A DNA stretch of 23,414 nucleotides, taken from assembly GCF_006345805.1 (NCBI RefSeq), contig NW_021836494.1, positions 1 to 23,414 of the forward strand, written 5' to 3'. Positions 21,636-23,414 of the stretch are shown here, in pieces (positions within the stretch are counted from its first letter, which is position 1; each line of letters starts with the position of its first letter). The notes beneath the pieces were generated by a model. The model saw nothing but the letters and a program-made list of their open reading frames with translations. It did no database searches and was not told the DNA's origin. Both the position numbers and the translations under genes were made by a program. Origin of the DNA: Octopus sinensis. Lineage: Eukaryota.

Positions 21636-22782
21636 TTGGGTTGGCAACTAAGTTCCCGCTGTTTTTTTAATTAAAATTTTTTAAAAGGTTTAATAAAAAA
21701 TAGCAACTAATTAATCAATAATGTATTTACACTTGTTTACAAGTTCTTCCCAACGTTCAACAAGATTTTCAATACCTCGTTGGTAGAAATCACTCGATTT
21801 CGACTCGAAAAATTGATCCAACCAAACTCTCAATTCTGCATTAGTATTGAACGAAACTCCGCGCATAGCATTTAAAAGAAATCGAAAAAGGTAGAAATCC
21901 GTTGGTGCCAAATCAGGAGAGTATGGTGGGTGTAGCAGCACTTCCAAGCCATGCTTTTAAATGGCTTCCTTGGTCATATTGGTCATATTGGCGATATGAG
22001 GGCGGGCGATTAGGTCTTTTCTCTTGAATAGCGTTGAATCGTTCCATCTGTTAAACATAGAGTTCCGCGTTGACCGTTTTGTTCCGTTGAAGTAATTCGT
22101 AATGGATAATCCCTTCCCAGTCCCACCATACGCACAACATCGTTTCACGCACGGTGTCACTTGTTTACCGGGGCTAAGCCATTCCTTACGCTGCTTCATA
22201 ATGATGTGCAGGCACCATTTATCGTCGCTGGTAACAATTCTGTAAATAAATCGTTGCTTGTATCCATGAGTTGAGCGGTGACGAGCAAGCAAACCAGCGG
22301 AGATTGTGGCTCGTTGATTTTTGTTGTTGTCACTTAAAGCATGCGGAACCCATGCTCCATACTTCTGAACCTTTCCCATCGAGTGAAGATGCTTCACTAT
22401 AGCAGTGTGGGAGCATTCCATTTTCTCTGCCAGTTCCCTTGTCGTTTGACGAGAATTTTCATGCAAAAATTGGTTTAATCGCTCTTCATCGAACTCAACT
22501 GGAAGGCCAGAATGAAGTGCATCTTTGAGGTCAAAATTTCCATTTTTGAACTTGGCATACCAATCACGAGCGGTTCTTTCAGCTATGGCACCCTTTCCAT
22601 ACTCAGCACAAATGACGCGAGCAGCTTTTACGGCCTTAGAACCTTAATTAAAAGTAAAAAGAAGGAGGTGTCGAAAATGCTCGTTTTTCTTAACTATTTT
22701 AATGATCTGAAAATAAACAAAAATTAACTAAAATTAACTAGAGAAAAAAAATAGATTCAAAAATTTAAAGACAGCGGGCACT
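21636..22782 (-). mobile_element. Mariner transposon, near full length, decayed
   Basis: TA then TIR ttgggttggcaactaagttcccgctg (21636-21661); partial opposite TIR cagcgggcact (22772-22782). Confidence 0.92.
21711..22706 (-). pseudogene. Mariner (DD34D-type) transposase pseudogene
   Basis: WVPHAL, IVTSDDKW, HPPYSPDLAPTDF motifs; HTH region ERTARDWYAKFKNGNFDLKD; in-frame stop, internal deletions, second catalytic D region lost. Confidence 0.92.
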
Positions 22783-22796
22783 CATATATATATGTG

Positions 22797-22870
<74 letters not shown>

Positions 22871-22912
22871 TGTAGTATATATGTATGTATGTATATGTAT
22901 GTATGTATATAT
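22783..22912. repeat. (TA)n/(TG)n microsatellite at the mariner end
   Basis: Read directly. Confidence 0.95.
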
Positions 22913-23239
22913 TTTTCATATATCCTTCATCAAATCCTTTATATTAATAATTTTTTGTTTATACTTTTGGCGGTGAGGAGAACAGTGATATGTAATTAAT
23001 GTAATTTAATCAAATTGATTTAATTATTCTACAATGAATTTACATGTTTTGATATCGCTGTTTGAAACGATCGTATGTACGTATTAAAATTCCTTTTATC
23101 ATCTTTTCTCCATTTTTAACAAATTTGTTGAGTTCTATGAGATACCCTTCCATAAATTCCCATAACACACCCTATACAAGTATTATTTTCATATTCACAA
23201 ACTTACGCCAGTCAGCTACCAGCAAAATATGAGAAGGCC

Positions 23240-23414
23240 CGGCGAGCCAAATGAGGCCATAACCTCGTGGCCTATGCCAGGGGCGTAACCAGCCCACTTA
23301 TGCGTACCTTTCCTTACTGGCACTTGTGCCCCGTGCTAGTAGGGTGCTAAGAGCACCATCCGAGCGTGATCGTTGCCAGAGCGGCTAACTAGTTTCCGTG
23401 CCGGTGGCACGTAA
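23240..23414 (+). mobile_element. Probable part of another interspersed retroposon running off the window
   Basis: GC-richer block (cagcccacttatgcgtacc; ccggtggcacgtaa) resembling an octopus repeat from recall only; single copy here. Confidence 0.4.

Noticed and set aside
22512-22727. 71-aa + strand ORF
   Set aside because: Antisense to the mariner transposase.

Overview
Eukaryotic, extremely repeat-rich window with no intact gene I can recognise. The SINE families and microsatellite load resemble octopus (coleoid cephalopod) DNA; this is recalled resemblance, not a search result. Contents: several tRNA-derived SINE families (called A-D here), 5'-truncated or degenerate R4/Dong-type LINE pieces, Penelope-like fragments (one with a minimal hammerhead ribozyme motif), a half Tc1 element, a decayed mariner, a 24-bp minisatellite with an inverted, foldback-like partner array, and many microsatellites. 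Most ORFs in the supplied track are microsatellite artefacts. The most interesting signals are: (i) head-less tandem arrays of SINE-A whose junctions all fall at one internal GTATT site and whose last unit has a different tail, suggesting self-targeted insertion; (ii) that SINE tail is shared with a nearby LINE-like 3' end; (iii) the hierarchical inverted 24-bp repeat system at 13063-15425; (iv) the hammerhead motif at 20379-20413. A few non-repetitive islands could be exons but are unproven.
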